Positions 1 to 9,198 of a DNA stretch of 64,000 nt are shown in pieces; the stretch's first letter is position 1; every line of letters starts with the position of its first letter. This DNA comes from Limnochordia bacterium. Lineage in GTDB: Bacteria > Bacillota > Limnochordia > DTU080. Below the pieces are notes generated by a model that worked only from the letters and a program-made list of their open reading frames with translations, was not told the DNA's origin and searched no databases. The stretch is from NCBI GenBank assembly GCA_050951545.1, contig JBMNJG010000005.1, positions 96,001-160,000 on the forward strand. Reading direction: 5' to 3'. A program made the position numbers and the translations under genes.

Positions 1-1
1 G

Positions 2-796
2 CCATCTGAGAGAAAGGTGGCGCAGTACATTCTCAGCAACCCTGAGTCTGTAGTGGAACTGCCGATTACAGAACTGGCTAGGTTGAGTGGTGTGAGCGAC
101 GCCACAGTCGTGAAACTCTGCCAACGCGTGGGCTATTCCGGGTTTCAAGAACTGAAGATCAACCTCGCGCGGGAGCTTTCTATGCCGTATAAGCGCGTGT
201 ATGGGAAAGTGAAACCTGGCGACACCATGGAGGAGATCAAGGAAAAAGCGTTCAGCCACAACGAACGCGCTCTGCATGACACGGCTCGTATTCTCAACAG
301 TGTTGAACTCGAAAGCGCGGTCTCTGCTCTTAGTGCCGCGCCTCGCATTCACTTCTATGGCTCAGGGGCATCGGGTATTGTGGCCTTAGACGCTGAGCAG
401 AAGTTTCTGCGGATTGGGATGAACTGTCAGGCCTTTAACGATCCGCATCTTGGTGCCACAGCCGCGGCCTTACTTGACAAGGGCGCTGTAGCTGTGGGCA
501 TTAGCCATAGTGGAGCGACCCGCGATACGGTAGACTCTCTAACGATTGCCCATCGAGCAGGTGCGACGACCGTCTGTATCACCAACGCCATGGGTTCGCC
601 TATTGCGCAAGCAGCCGACACTGTTCTTCTCACAGCCGTGGCAGAGAGCGACTTTCGCGGAGGGGCTATGGCTTCTCGTATAGCCCAGCTAAGCGTCATC
701 GACATTCTTTTCATCGGCGTGGCACTAGGGCGTCACGATCATACGATGCAGTGTCTTGCCAAAACCCTTGAGGCGGTGGCACATAAGCGGTACTGA
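2..796 (+). CDS. RpiR/MurR family transcriptional regulator (5'-truncated at window edge)
   Basis: N-terminal HTH (ITELARLSGVSDATVVKLCQRVGYSGFQELK) and SIS domain (GSGAS, ISHSG). The frame is open from position 2. Adjacent to murQ. Confidence 0.92.
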   Translation, partial: PSERKVAQYILSNPESVVELPITELARLSGVSDATVVKLCQRVGYSGFQELKINLARELSMPYKRVYGKVKPGDTMEEIKEKAFSHNERALHDTARILNSVELESAVSALSAAPRIHFYGSGASGIVALDAEQKFLRIGMNCQAFNDPHLGATAAALLDKGAVAVGISHSGATRDTVDSLTIAHRAGATTVCITNAMGSPIAQAADTVLLTAVAESDFRGGAMASRIAQLSVIDILFIGVALGRHDHTMQCLAKTLEAVAHKRY

Positions 797-826
797 AGGC
801 TGCCTGACCGCCAAGGAGGTTCTTTA

Positions 827-1732
827 GTGGAGAGACTCGCCGACCTAACCACGGAATCACGCTCGCCTTATACCGATCTGGATACACGAAGCATACCTGA
901 GATTCTGAGCATCATCAGTCAAGAGGATGCACGGGTTCCGGCTGCTGTGGCCCAGGAGTTGCCCCAGATCGCTCGAGCTGTCGAGCTTATTGTGAGTCGC
1001 CTTGCAAAAGGCGGGCGTCTTTTCTACGTCGGAGCTGGCACGAGCGGACGCCTCGGCATGTTGGATGCTGCAGAGTGTCCGCCGACGTTCGGTGTGCCAA
1101 CGGATATGGTCCAAGGAGTGATCGCGGGAGGCCAGGCCGCCCTCGTCTCGTCCATTGAGGCCGTCGAAGACAGCCAAGAGGTAGGGGCTAGTGACCTTGC
1201 TGCGCGGGGCTGCAGCCAAACAGACGCCGTCGTAGCTATTGCCGCTAGCGGACGCACCCCCTATTGTCTAGGGGCTTTGCGCTACGCCGCCTCCGTAGGA
1301 GCCGCCCGTATTGCCTTGGTGTGCAACACCGACTCCCTGATGTCAGCAGAAGCCGAAGTCACCATTGCACCCGTTGTGGGGCCAGAGGTCATCATGGGCT
1401 CAACACGCATGAAGGCGGGTACTGCGCAGAAGCTGGTGCTCAACATGCTGAGCACCGCGTCAATGATCAGGCTGGGTAAGGTCTATGGCAATCTCATGGT
1501 CGATCTGACCCCAACCAACAGCAAGCTAATCTGTAGAGCCCGGCGTATAGTAGAGCTGGCTACAGGCGCAGACGCGTCCACGACTAGTGAAGCTTTGCAG
1601 GCCAGCGGCTACGACGTCAAGGCAGCCATCGTGATGATTTTGGCCAACTGCCCGTTCCAGACAGCCCGAGAGTTGCTTAGTGCAGCAGACGGTCGTGTGC
1701 GAACCGCCATCCAGATGGCTCAGGAAAGCTAG
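827..1732 (+). CDS. murQ: N-acetylmuramic acid 6-phosphate etherase
   Basis: Motifs GAGTSGRLG, DAAECPPTFG, GPEVIMGSTRMKAGTAQKLVLNMLST, GNLMVD. AAGGAGG RBS. Confidence 0.96.
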   Translation: MERLADLTTESRSPYTDLDTRSIPEILSIISQEDARVPAAVAQELPQIARAVELIVSRLAKGGRLFYVGAGTSGRLGMLDAAECPPTFGVPTDMVQGVIAGGQAALVSSIEAVEDSQEVGASDLAARGCSQTDAVVAIAASGRTPYCLGALRYAASVGAARIALVCNTDSLMSAEAEVTIAPVVGPEVIMGSTRMKAGTAQKLVLNMLSTASMIRLGKVYGNLMVDLTPTNSKLICRARRIVELATGADASTTSEALQASGYDVKAAIVMILANCPFQTARELLSAADGRVRTAIQMAQES

Positions 1733-1781
1733 GTGCATCACCATCGACGCCAGATCACGTAACTGCCGCCTCCCCTGGCCT

Positions 1782-3014
1782 ATGCTGGTGGCCTGCATGA
1801 CCGAAGGCATTGCCTGGGCCGTGTTGCATGGCTATGGTCCTCTGTATCTGCGCCAAGCTTTGGGCGAAACTCGCTTAAGTATGGTAGCCCTGTGCACAGG
1901 CCTAATGTCACTCACTACATGCGTCATGGCCAATGTCTGGGGACGGTGGGCCGATAGAGGAATCTCTACGTTTGGACTTATCCGGGGCGGCCTGACGGGA
2001 GCGACGGCTATAGCACTCCTGTTTCCATGGGTGAAGCACTCGCTCCTGTATGTCATGCTATGCATGTCCATATGTGCCTGTCTGGCGGGGGTCGCCCCCC
2101 TAACGCTAGCTTGGGCCACTGCGCAGAACCCAGAGCAACCAGGAAGGCAGGTTAGTCGGTTCTACCGCACACGAGCGATCGGCAGCACCCTGGGCAGCTT
2201 TGGCGGTAGCCTGCTGGTGAGATTGACGGGCATTGAGGGTTTCGTGCTCGCCTTGCGGACAACAGCCGCTTTCTTCCTGATGGCGGTGCTTGCCCTCCGC
2301 CTGACTGGGCCTGGCTACACCGATCCCCGCACCACGCGCAGTCTCGGCAGGCCTGTTCCCCCACATGCCGTGGGGGCGGCTTCCCTCTGGCGCGACCCCT
2401 TGGTCACAGCCATGGCGGTGGCGGTCTTTTTCAGCTTTGGTAGCAACGAAACGTTCTTCTCTCTCGTGGGCCCCTACTACACCGAGTATCTGGCGGGGTC
2501 AGCAGCAGATCTGGGACTAGCCCTTGGGGTCGCTGGCATTGTTGGATTGCTGGCGTCGGGCCCGGTGGGCCGTTTGGTCGACTGGCGCGGGCCTCGCAAC
2601 GCCTTCATCTTCGGCACCATCAGCTATATTGGGGTCTACGGGCTACTCTGCCTCTTCCATAGCCCGCTCGCCGTCCTGATCCTGTTTGCCGTTCCTGTCT
2701 ACCCACTGATCGCCATCGGCGCTACTGGACTGCTAAACCAGCACGTGGCGCCTGGGCAACGAGCCGAAGCGATGGCGACTTTTGAGGGAAGTGCAGCCTT
2801 AGCCCTAGCTGGCGGCAGTCTCTTTGCGGGCCTAGGAACCGACCGTTTGGGCCTGGCTGCGCTACCGTTTATCTCTCTAATCCTGGCGATCGTAGGAGCT
2901 GCTATCACCTTGCTCAGGGTCAGAGAGCTGACCCGCTTGGCAGGGAAAGCTGTTGAGCGTTATAGCGCAACACATCGATCAGAGTCCTGGTTCCCCCGTG
3001 ACCAGGAAAGTTGA
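1782..3014 (+). CDS. MFS transporter (start uncertain; ORF open from 1680)
   Basis: About 12 hydrophobic segments. MFS motif-A-like loops WGRWADRG and GRLVDWRGPR. Confidence 0.85.
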   Translation: MLVACMTEGIAWAVLHGYGPLYLRQALGETRLSMVALCTGLMSLTTCVMANVWGRWADRGISTFGLIRGGLTGATAIALLFPWVKHSLLYVMLCMSICACLAGVAPLTLAWATAQNPEQPGRQVSRFYRTRAIGSTLGSFGGSLLVRLTGIEGFVLALRTTAAFFLMAVLALRLTGPGYTDPRTTRSLGRPVPPHAVGAASLWRDPLVTAMAVAVFFSFGSNETFFSLVGPYYTEYLAGSAADLGLALGVAGIVGLLASGPVGRLVDWRGPRNAFIFGTISYIGVYGLLCLFHSPLAVLILFAVPVYPLIAIGATGLLNQHVAPGQRAEAMATFEGSAALALAGGSLFAGLGTDRLGLAALPFISLILAIVGAAITLLRVRELTRLAGKAVERYSATHRSESWFPRDQES

Positions 3015-3687
3015 TCAAGATCGCTCGCGGGGCCTTGGCCTCTGCGGCGATCCCCGCTCCTTGAGCATTGTGCCAGTTGTCAACGACGATCTCGGGCTTA
3101 GCCTTGATGAGCTCTGCCATCTGCACCGCTGTCAGCTCCTCGCCGCCGCCGAAGACACCTACCACCTCCAAGCCCATCCAGCGCGCATACTTCTGTAGAA
3201 ATCCGTGTACAACAGCTCTTTTGCCCATAAGGCCTTTCTGCTTCGCCTCTGTCAAGATATCTGCCGTGACGCGATCTAGCTCTGCCTCCCACTTGGCCTG
3301 CGCAGTCTGGGTGCCGAAGACCTTGGCCAAGGCTTGCGTCTGCTCTTTCAACGTCGCAGGAACGTTATCGGTAAAGACTGCCACCATCTTGTCAACGGGA
3401 ACCGCACCTGCTGCCTGAATCTTACGCATGAACACTTCATAGCCAGCCCACACCACGTAATCAGCATCCATCACGCGCTTGATATCCCCAGGCTTGAAGT
3501 CATACTCTGGTGGATGTCTTAGGTCAAGGGGAGCCAAGACGTCCACACGCGTCGCCCCTGCTGCTTCCGCTAGCGCTCCCACCCAAGAGGTAGAGGCTAC
3601 CACCCTCACCTCTCGCGCAGTAGCAGTGCCAGCTATCGCGAGACCAATGATCACTGCCCACACCGCAATTCTGCTCCGATACTGCAT
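2920..3687 (-). CDS. Metal ABC transporter substrate-binding protein (ZnuA/TroA-like)
   Basis: Signal peptide, VVASTSW, HPPEYDFKPGDIKRVMDADYVVWAG. GGAGG RBS before ATG 3687. In an operon with a permease and an ATPase. Confidence 0.8.
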   Translation of the reverse strand: MQYRSRIAVWAVIIGLAIAGTATAREVRVVASTSWVGALAEAAGATRVDVLAPLDLRHPPEYDFKPGDIKRVMDADYVVWAGYEVFMRKIQAAGAVPVDKMVAVFTDNVPATLKEQTQALAKVFGTQTAQAKWEAELDRVTADILTEAKQKGLMGKRAVVHGFLQKYARWMGLEVVGVFGGGEELTAVQMAELIKAKPEIVVDNWHNAQGAGIAAEAKAPRAILINFPGHGGTRTLIDVLRYNAQQLSLPSGSAL

Positions 3688-3704
3688 CAGAACACCTCCG
3701 CTGA

Positions 3705-4544
3705 CTATAGTACTGGCGATCGCTGCGCCGCCGGCAATCTGATAAGCTGACAACCCGCCAACACAAGCACTCCCACCAAGGCCACGGTTGCGCTGATAGG
3801 CAGATCCCATACCACTGCTACCAACAGCCCCAGCCCACTCTGCACCAACCCAAAGATAGCGGTGAAGATCATGGCCTGTTTGAGGCTACGCGCGCGTGGA
3901 AGGGCAGCTGTCGCAGGGATCAGTACGATGGCATCCACCATCAGGGCTCCTACCAGACGCATGGCCACACCAATGGCCAGGCCCAGGAGCACGAGAAGCG
4001 AGTAGTGCACAAGCCCTGTCCTCACGCCAAGCGCGGCTGCCAACTCCTTGTTGTAGAGAACCAAGTTCACCTCCCAATACCATATAGACATGATGAAGAC
4101 CACGCAAACCCCCAGGGCCAGCGTGATCCAGACATCCCTCCCCGACAGCATAAGAATGCTGCCTGTAAAGATGGAGAATGCATCCATGGCTGGAATGTTG
4201 GCCTTGTACAACAGCAAGAAACTCACCGCTAAGCTTCCCGTCATGAAAAGCGCACTGGTCATGCCCACATTCAGCTTTGCCCGATCAGAGACGGGGCCAA
4301 AAAGCAACGAACCTCCCGTAATAGACACCATAGCGAGAATCAGGGGATCGAGTCCACTGATCAAGGCAGCCGTAGCCCCAAGGAGACCTAGGTGCATCAG
4401 TGCAAAGCGCAAGGCAGAAAGGTTAAAGACGACCACCACAATACCTAGCAAAGAAAGGGTCACTGAAGCTACCAGCAGGCTAACCACAGCTCGTTGCATG
4501 AAAGGCAGCGAAAACAGGGCCAGCCGTTCAGCAAGCTCAGCCAT
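3705..4544 (-). CDS. Metal ABC transporter permease (ZnuB/MntB-like)
   Basis: PFMQRA, ALMHLGLLG, YNKELAAALGV, VGALMVDAIVLIPA (ABC-3 family pattern). Confidence 0.88.
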   Translation of the reverse strand: MAELAERLALFSLPFMQRAVVSLLVASVTLSLLGIVVVVFNLSALRFALMHLGLLGATAALISGLDPLILAMVSITGGSLLFGPVSDRAKLNVGMTSALFMTGSLAVSFLLLYKANIPAMDAFSIFTGSILMLSGRDVWITLALGVCVVFIMSIWYWEVNLVLYNKELAAALGVRTGLVHYSLLVLLGLAIGVAMRLVGALMVDAIVLIPATAALPRARSLKQAMIFTAIFGLVQSGLGLLVAVVWDLPISATVALVGVLVLAGCQLIRLPAAQRSPVL

Positions 4545-5226
4545 GTGCGACCTCCTCAATCCTCATGTCACGAATAGTAAGCATCCTCGCACAATGTGCG
4601 GAGACAAGCTCGTGATCGTGAGTGATTATCAGAAACGAGATGCCCTTTCGCCTGTTCAGTTGAGTGACCAGATCCAGAATACCTCGCTGCGCCTCTGGAT
4701 CCAGGAAAGTCGTGGGCTCGTCCATCAGAATGAGGTCCGGCTCTCGCACTACTGCCCGCGCCAGAGCCGTTCGCTGCTGCAGTCCCCCCGACAACTCTCG
4801 CCAATCGAGATCCTTGTAGGCAGAGAGTGCCACAGTGTCTAGGGCCTTTTCTACCGCTTGCCGGTCCTCTCTGCTTGGGCGTCGTCGCCCCTTGAAGGAG
4901 CTCCCCCAGCGTCCGATAAGCACCGAATCGTAGACGGAAATGGGCAGAAGTCCAGCACTGCTCTGCTGCGGCACATAGCCGAGCCTACGTCGGGCTGTGG
5001 TGATTCGCTTGGCGCTCGTCAAGGGTAGCCCCAAAACCTCCACAGTGCCGCTTACTGGCCGCAAAAGCCCGAGAATTACCTTAAAGAGTGTGGTCTTACC
5101 TATCCCATTGGGACCGACTAACCCAACACATTCACCCTGGCTTACTGTCATGTGTGCCTGGTCCAGCACCACATGCCCCGGGTAGCCAGCGACGATCTCA
5201 TTCAGTTGGATGCAAACCTCAACCAT
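4537..5226 (-). CDS. Metal ABC transporter ATP-binding protein (ZnuC-like)
   Basis: Walker A GPNGIGKT, GYVPQ, LSGGLQQR, Walker B LMDEP. Confidence 0.9.
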   Translation of the reverse strand: MVEVCIQLNEIVAGYPGHVVLDQAHMTVSQGECVGLVGPNGIGKTTLFKVILGLLRPVSGTVEVLGLPLTSAKRITTARRRLGYVPQQSSAGLLPISVYDSVLIGRWGSSFKGRRRPSREDRQAVEKALDTVALSAYKDLDWRELSGGLQQRTALARAVVREPDLILMDEPTTFLDPEAQRGILDLVTQLNRRKGISFLIITHDHELVSAHCARMLTIRDMRIEEVAHG

Positions 5227-5842
5227 CGGCTCTTTTGCCTCCAACCAGGTAGAAATCGTCGGTATCGCAGACCTCGGACACCACAAACCCAACCTCGAGC
5301 AGGTGCTGTGCCACCTGCTCTGCTGGCTCCAATAGATCCTGCCGGATTAGCGCATCACGAGATGAACCATGTATGGCATTGATAAAACCCCGACTACGAA
5401 AATGCGATACGGCAATTCTCGCTCCCGGTCTAGCCACGCGCGAAAGCTCGAGCAGAGTCCCCTGTCTGTCAGCGAAATGAGGGTAGACTCCGTTGCAGAC
5501 AATCACGTCGACAGAAGCATCATCAAAGGGCAGATCAATGGCATCCGCGCGCAGGAAACGAAGTGTTTCCTGGCCCTTATACTTCGCTGCAGCCACCTCG
5601 AGCATCTTCGTGGAAAGGTCGCAAGCGATCACTTGTGCGGGCTGCTGCTCCAATAGGTAGCGAAGCAAAAAACCTGTTCCGCTGCCCACGTCGAGTACGA
5701 CATCCTCCGGACCGATGGCCAAAACAGACAACAACCGTCCCACATGCCTCTCTGCCGGAGCGACCATAGTAGCATCCCATGTCACCGACAACTGATCAAA
5801 ATAGGCTGCTCGCCGATCATCAAAGTTGCGCACGATGGCCAC
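5219..5842 (-). CDS. Class I SAM-dependent methyltransferase
   Basis: VLDVGSGTG, DLSTKML, DAIDLPFDDASVD. Overlaps the start of the downstream ATPase. Confidence 0.9.
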   Translation of the reverse strand: MAIVRNFDDRRAAYFDQLSVTWDATMVAPAERHVGRLLSVLAIGPEDVVLDVGSGTGFLLRYLLEQQPAQVIACDLSTKMLEVAAAKYKGQETLRFLRADAIDLPFDDASVDVIVCNGVYPHFADRQGTLLELSRVARPGARIAVSHFRSRGFINAIHGSSRDALIRQDLLEPAEQVAQHLLEVGFVVSEVCDTDDFYLVGGKRADG

Positions 5843-5987
5843 CTCGCGTTGTTGCTACGAACCCCTCGTATCGTGTTACTACCTGTGCGTATTTGCCCAC
5901 CGCTCCCCATCTTCCTGCCAGGACGAGCTAGTTGGTTGTCCAATGTCGCGGCAAAAGGAGTCGGCAACTCCTCGCCCCGAGGTGTCA

Positions 5988-7358
5988 TCAATACCCTTCT
6001 CGACGCAGCACCCACCACACCCCTACCAGCTGCAAGACGGCCGTCAACATGCTGTCTGTGATCACCGCCCAGAGCACCCCAGTGATGCCCCACGCTGGCT
6101 GACCAGCCAGCAAGCAAACCATGAGCACGCGCGCTGCATTGCCTACCATACTACTGGACATCACCCAGGTGGTGCGGCCAAGTCCGTAGAGGACGTCGGC
6201 GCTGACTGCCCCCAAAAAAGTGAATGGAGCAACTATGCCCAGTGGCTTAATGAGACTGCCCACACTGGCATCGCCATAGAGCAAAGAACCGAGCCAGGCT
6301 GCCCGCCACCAGAGCAACGGGGCCACCACCGCGCTCACCCCCAACGTGCCCAGGTAGACCTTGCGCAAGAGCCTCTTGAGCTTGGCGATCGAACCGGCTT
6401 CATTCTGAGCAGCCAACCGCGTAATCTCAGGCAACATCGTCTGTGTGACGGGGAGTATGAGTACCATCGGCATGTACAACGTGGGTACCGCCATACCCGA
6501 CAGACGCCCGTAGGCGCGGGTCGCCTCCTCAATGGTCAAACCAGTCTTCTGCAGCAACCGCGGGATAAGAGCAACGGTAATGAGACTCATAGCATTGTTA
6601 AGCAAGCCAGTGAGCATCACTGGCACGCCGAGACCGAGTAGGGTCCGCACACGCAGTGGCGGACAAGCCATCGCTGGCCGATGTCTTCTCCCTCTGCCGT
6701 AACCTTCTACAGCTTTTCGCAGACCAGTCCGCAAGACGAAGAAGCAGCCAAGTTCACCAACCAAAAAGCCCGCAGCAACAGCTCCTGCCAAATAGGCAGG
6801 CCCGTAAGGCAGTGCCAATACCACAAGGCACAACGTGACAGGAATGCGCACTGCCACCTCGGCAATGTCACTGCCAGCCATGAAGTCCTGGCGTTGCAGG
6901 CCCTGTACCACGCCTCGCAGAGCAGAAGTAGCAGCAATCGGAATCAGCAGAATAGCCAGAATGACGATTGCCATCTCTGTACGCACGTCTGCCAGCACCA
7001 CAGCAGCAAAGAAACGGGAAAAGAGAGCTTGGACTGCAAAGGCAAGAAGAGAAGCTCTGAGCATAAGTGCGGCGGCCATGTGATAGACAGTGAGATCTGG
7101 CTTCCTCTGCAGCTCACTGCGCTCCGCTGTGAGCTTCGCTACAGCCACTGGTAACCCCATCGTGGCCACGCTGCGAGCAATGCGGTAGACAGGTAAAGCG
7201 AGCTGGATCAGCCCTACAGCATCCTGGCCGGCCGCTCGCACTAGAGCCACCCGGTATACCGTACCCATGATGCGACCAAAAAGCGAGCTGGTGAACAAAG
7301 CCAGCATCGACTTGACCATGGGTCGGTCTGTTAGAGCCTTAAGCTTGAACAAGAACAC
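5988..7358 (-). CDS. MOP-superfamily flippase, SpoVB-like polysaccharide biosynthesis protein
   Basis: GRIMGTVYRVALVR, TMGLPVAVAKL, LIPRLLQKTG...YGRLSGMAVP. Many TM segments. Confidence 0.82.
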   Translation of the reverse strand: MFLFKLKALTDRPMVKSMLALFTSSLFGRIMGTVYRVALVRAAGQDAVGLIQLALPVYRIARSVATMGLPVAVAKLTAERSELQRKPDLTVYHMAAALMLRASLLAFAVQALFSRFFAAVVLADVRTEMAIVILAILLIPIAATSALRGVVQGLQRQDFMAGSDIAEVAVRIPVTLCLVVLALPYGPAYLAGAVAAGFLVGELGCFFVLRTGLRKAVEGYGRGRRHRPAMACPPLRVRTLLGLGVPVMLTGLLNNAMSLITVALIPRLLQKTGLTIEEATRAYGRLSGMAVPTLYMPMVLILPVTQTMLPEITRLAAQNEAGSIAKLKRLLRKVYLGTLGVSAVVAPLLWWRAAWLGSLLYGDASVGSLIKPLGIVAPFTFLGAVSADVLYGLGRTTWVMSSSMVGNAARVLMVCLLAGQPAWGITGVLWAVITDSMLTAVLQLVGVWWVLRREGY

Positions 7359-7416
7359 CCCTCCTACGCCACCATATCGGCGCAGAGGGGTTTTCATACC
7401 GGCAACTGCAAAGCAA

Positions 7417-7887
7417 TCACATGTTCATCTCGAGCAATCGCAGATGCATCGCTTGCCGAGAAACACCAAAATAGGCTGCCAGCCGCAGAAAGCTCATGGT
7501 AGAAGCTAGATGCTGCACCTCGCGAGCCGGCATAAGCAACTCAGCGGCAAAACGATTGGCCTCTCGCTCGAATGGGTCTCTGTCTGAGGGAGAAAAGGCA
7601 TGCACCCGTCTCATGTAACGGTGCATCGCGTAATGCCCCAGTTCGTGAGCGCAAGTCCAGTTGCGGCGACAGATGCTGTCGCGCATGTTGAGAAGGATCG
7701 CATGCGTGTAGGGACCGCAGCGAACCAGGTACCCGGGCCGATGCGCTGGTAGAGGCCCGCATTCCACTTTGAGGCCCGCCCGACGGGCTAGCTCTACGGG
7801 ATCCAACGGGGTAGAGCCTCCATACCGACGACGCATCCAATGAGCGGTCACAACAGGATTCGGGCGAGATACATAGCCACAGTGCAT
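7417..7887 (-). CDS. ImmA/IrrE family metallo-endopeptidase
   Basis: RRNWTCAHELGH (HExxH), EREANRFAAELLMP, C-terminal HTH-like LAAYFGVS. GGAGG RBS before ATG 7887. Confidence 0.9.
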   Translation of the reverse strand: MHCGYVSRPNPVVTAHWMRRRYGGSTPLDPVELARRAGLKVECGPLPAHRPGYLVRCGPYTHAILLNMRDSICRRNWTCAHELGHYAMHRYMRRVHAFSPSDRDPFEREANRFAAELLMPAREVQHLASTMSFLRLAAYFGVSRQAMHLRLLEMNM

Positions 7888-7955
7888 CAAATCGCCTCCG
7901 TAACCCTCACGCAAGCGACTTCTTCGGGTGACACGGAGATTCCTGCCAGCCATAC

Positions 7956-7967
7956 GAATGTTTGTTC
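7956..7967. promoter_or_regulatory. Putative LexA (SOS/Cheo) box
   Basis: Minus strand GAAC-AAAC-ATTC, one mismatch to GAAC-N4-GTTC, about 70 bp upstream of the ImmA-like start. Confidence 0.5.
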
Positions 7968-7968
7968 T

Positions 7969-8325
7969 TCAGCGTCTTTCCTCTCTTATCCGCCGTTTGT
8001 ACGCCAGATACTCCTTCACAAAGACCACATCCTCGTCAGTAGCACCGACACCCCGAAGCCACACACCAAGCTTCTCAAGCTGTTCTTCGGGCGACTGGCT
8101 ACGACCAGGCAGCGACGGTGACGGGTCGTCCGTTTCCCCGAGCAGCCAATCCGCGCTTACCTTGTAGCAGCGGGCAAGTGCAGACAGAGTGGCACTATCC
8201 GGATCGCGCTGATCGCGTTCATACATGTTCAGCGCGCTGCGTGATACCCCCACTTCTCTAGCAGCCTGTGCTTGCGTCAGTCTTCGTAGTTCCCTGACCT
8301 GCCGCAGCCTCTCTCCCAAGGACAA
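7969..8325 (-). CDS. XRE family HTH repressor (ImmR-like)
   Basis: LGERLRQVRELRRLTQAQAAREVGVSRSALNMYERDQRDP...VSADWLLGETD. Confidence 0.92.
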   Translation of the reverse strand: MSLGERLRQVRELRRLTQAQAAREVGVSRSALNMYERDQRDPDSATLSALARCYKVSADWLLGETDDPSPSLPGRSQSPEEQLEKLGVWLRGVGATDEDVVFVKEYLAYKRRIREERR

Positions 8326-8414
8326 GCGTGGCCCACCTCCATCATCCTGCCACGCACGTATTGCACATAGCCGGGCCGCGTCCTACGCCCCGAGGCGAAA
8401 TGTGCCAATATAGC

Positions 8415-8443
8415 TTGACCTTTGGCACTCCGCGTGCCAAACT
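8415..8443 (+). promoter_or_regulatory. Palindromic operator between candidate -35 (TTGACC) and -10 (CAAACT) boxes
   Basis: Perfect 8-bp inverted repeat TTTGGCAC-N5-GTGCCAAA (8421-8441) between divergent XRE genes. An extra half-site GTGCCAA lies at 8402-8408. Confidence 0.6.
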
Positions 8444-8473
8444 GAGGTTAGCCATGGGAAAGGACCCTGTTTC

Positions 8474-9091
8474 ATGACCCGTCCATCTGGCAAGCATGCC
8501 TCCCTCGCCAAGACGCTTGGCGATCGTCTGCGCCAAGCTCGGATAGCCGCGGGCCTCACACAGAGCCAGCTGGCTGGCAGCGAATTGAGCCGCAGTTTCA
8601 TCAGCCAGATCGAAAGCGGCACTGCCCTCCCTTCCCTTCAGTCGCTGCGCATTATCGCCGCGAGATTGCAGCTCCGACCAGCGTGGTTTGTTGGATCAGA
8701 AGCATCGCAAGAACAGCCACTCCCCGTTTCTGCAGGAGCAAGGCTCAAACAGGCACGACTCCAATGTGGCCTGAGTCAGCACAGCCTGGCCCATCCCGGC
8801 TACACGCGAGGCTATGTAAGTCAGATTGAGTTGGAGGAATCAGACCCTTCGTTGGAGGTCCTCGCCGTCTTTGCAGAACGTCTCGACAAATCTGTCGCCT
8901 GGTTTCTCGAAGGCCTACTGCCGTTAGAGATCGAGCCAGCCTCACCTCCACCCCCAAAGGTGCCACGGCCCCACAGATACCGCCGTTCCCTTAACGATGC
9001 GGAAAAGGAGCTGCTGGAGATGTATCGCGAGATGGAAGAGCATCGCAAAACGCAGCTCCTGCAGCTGGCAAGGAGTTTGTCTAGAGAGTAA
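8474..9091 (+). CDS. Transcriptional regulator with two tandem XRE HTH domains
   Basis: Two similar domains: GDRLRQARIAAGLTQSQLA..SRSFISQIESG and GARLKQARLQCGLSQHSLA..TRGYVSQIELE. Confidence 0.88.
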   Translation: MTRPSGKHASLAKTLGDRLRQARIAAGLTQSQLAGSELSRSFISQIESGTALPSLQSLRIIAARLQLRPAWFVGSEASQEQPLPVSAGARLKQARLQCGLSQHSLAHPGYTRGYVSQIELEESDPSLEVLAVFAERLDKSVAWFLEGLLPLEIEPASPPPPKVPRPHRYRRSLNDAEKELLEMYREMEEHRKTQLLQLARSLSRE

Positions 9092-9198
9092 CCCGCGGAG
9101 AAAGCATGGGGCGGGACTGTCGCCCCACCCCATGTGCCATAACATGATCAACAGCCGACCTGAGCAAGCCCATCGGACCCGCCAGATCACACGTTAGT

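Noticed and set aside
5826-6641. 271-aa plus-strand ORF
   Set aside because: It is antisense to the flippase gene and has no protein-like features.
7417-9091. Prophage or ICE
   Set aside because: No integrase, att-like repeats, or structural or conjugation genes are seen nearby.
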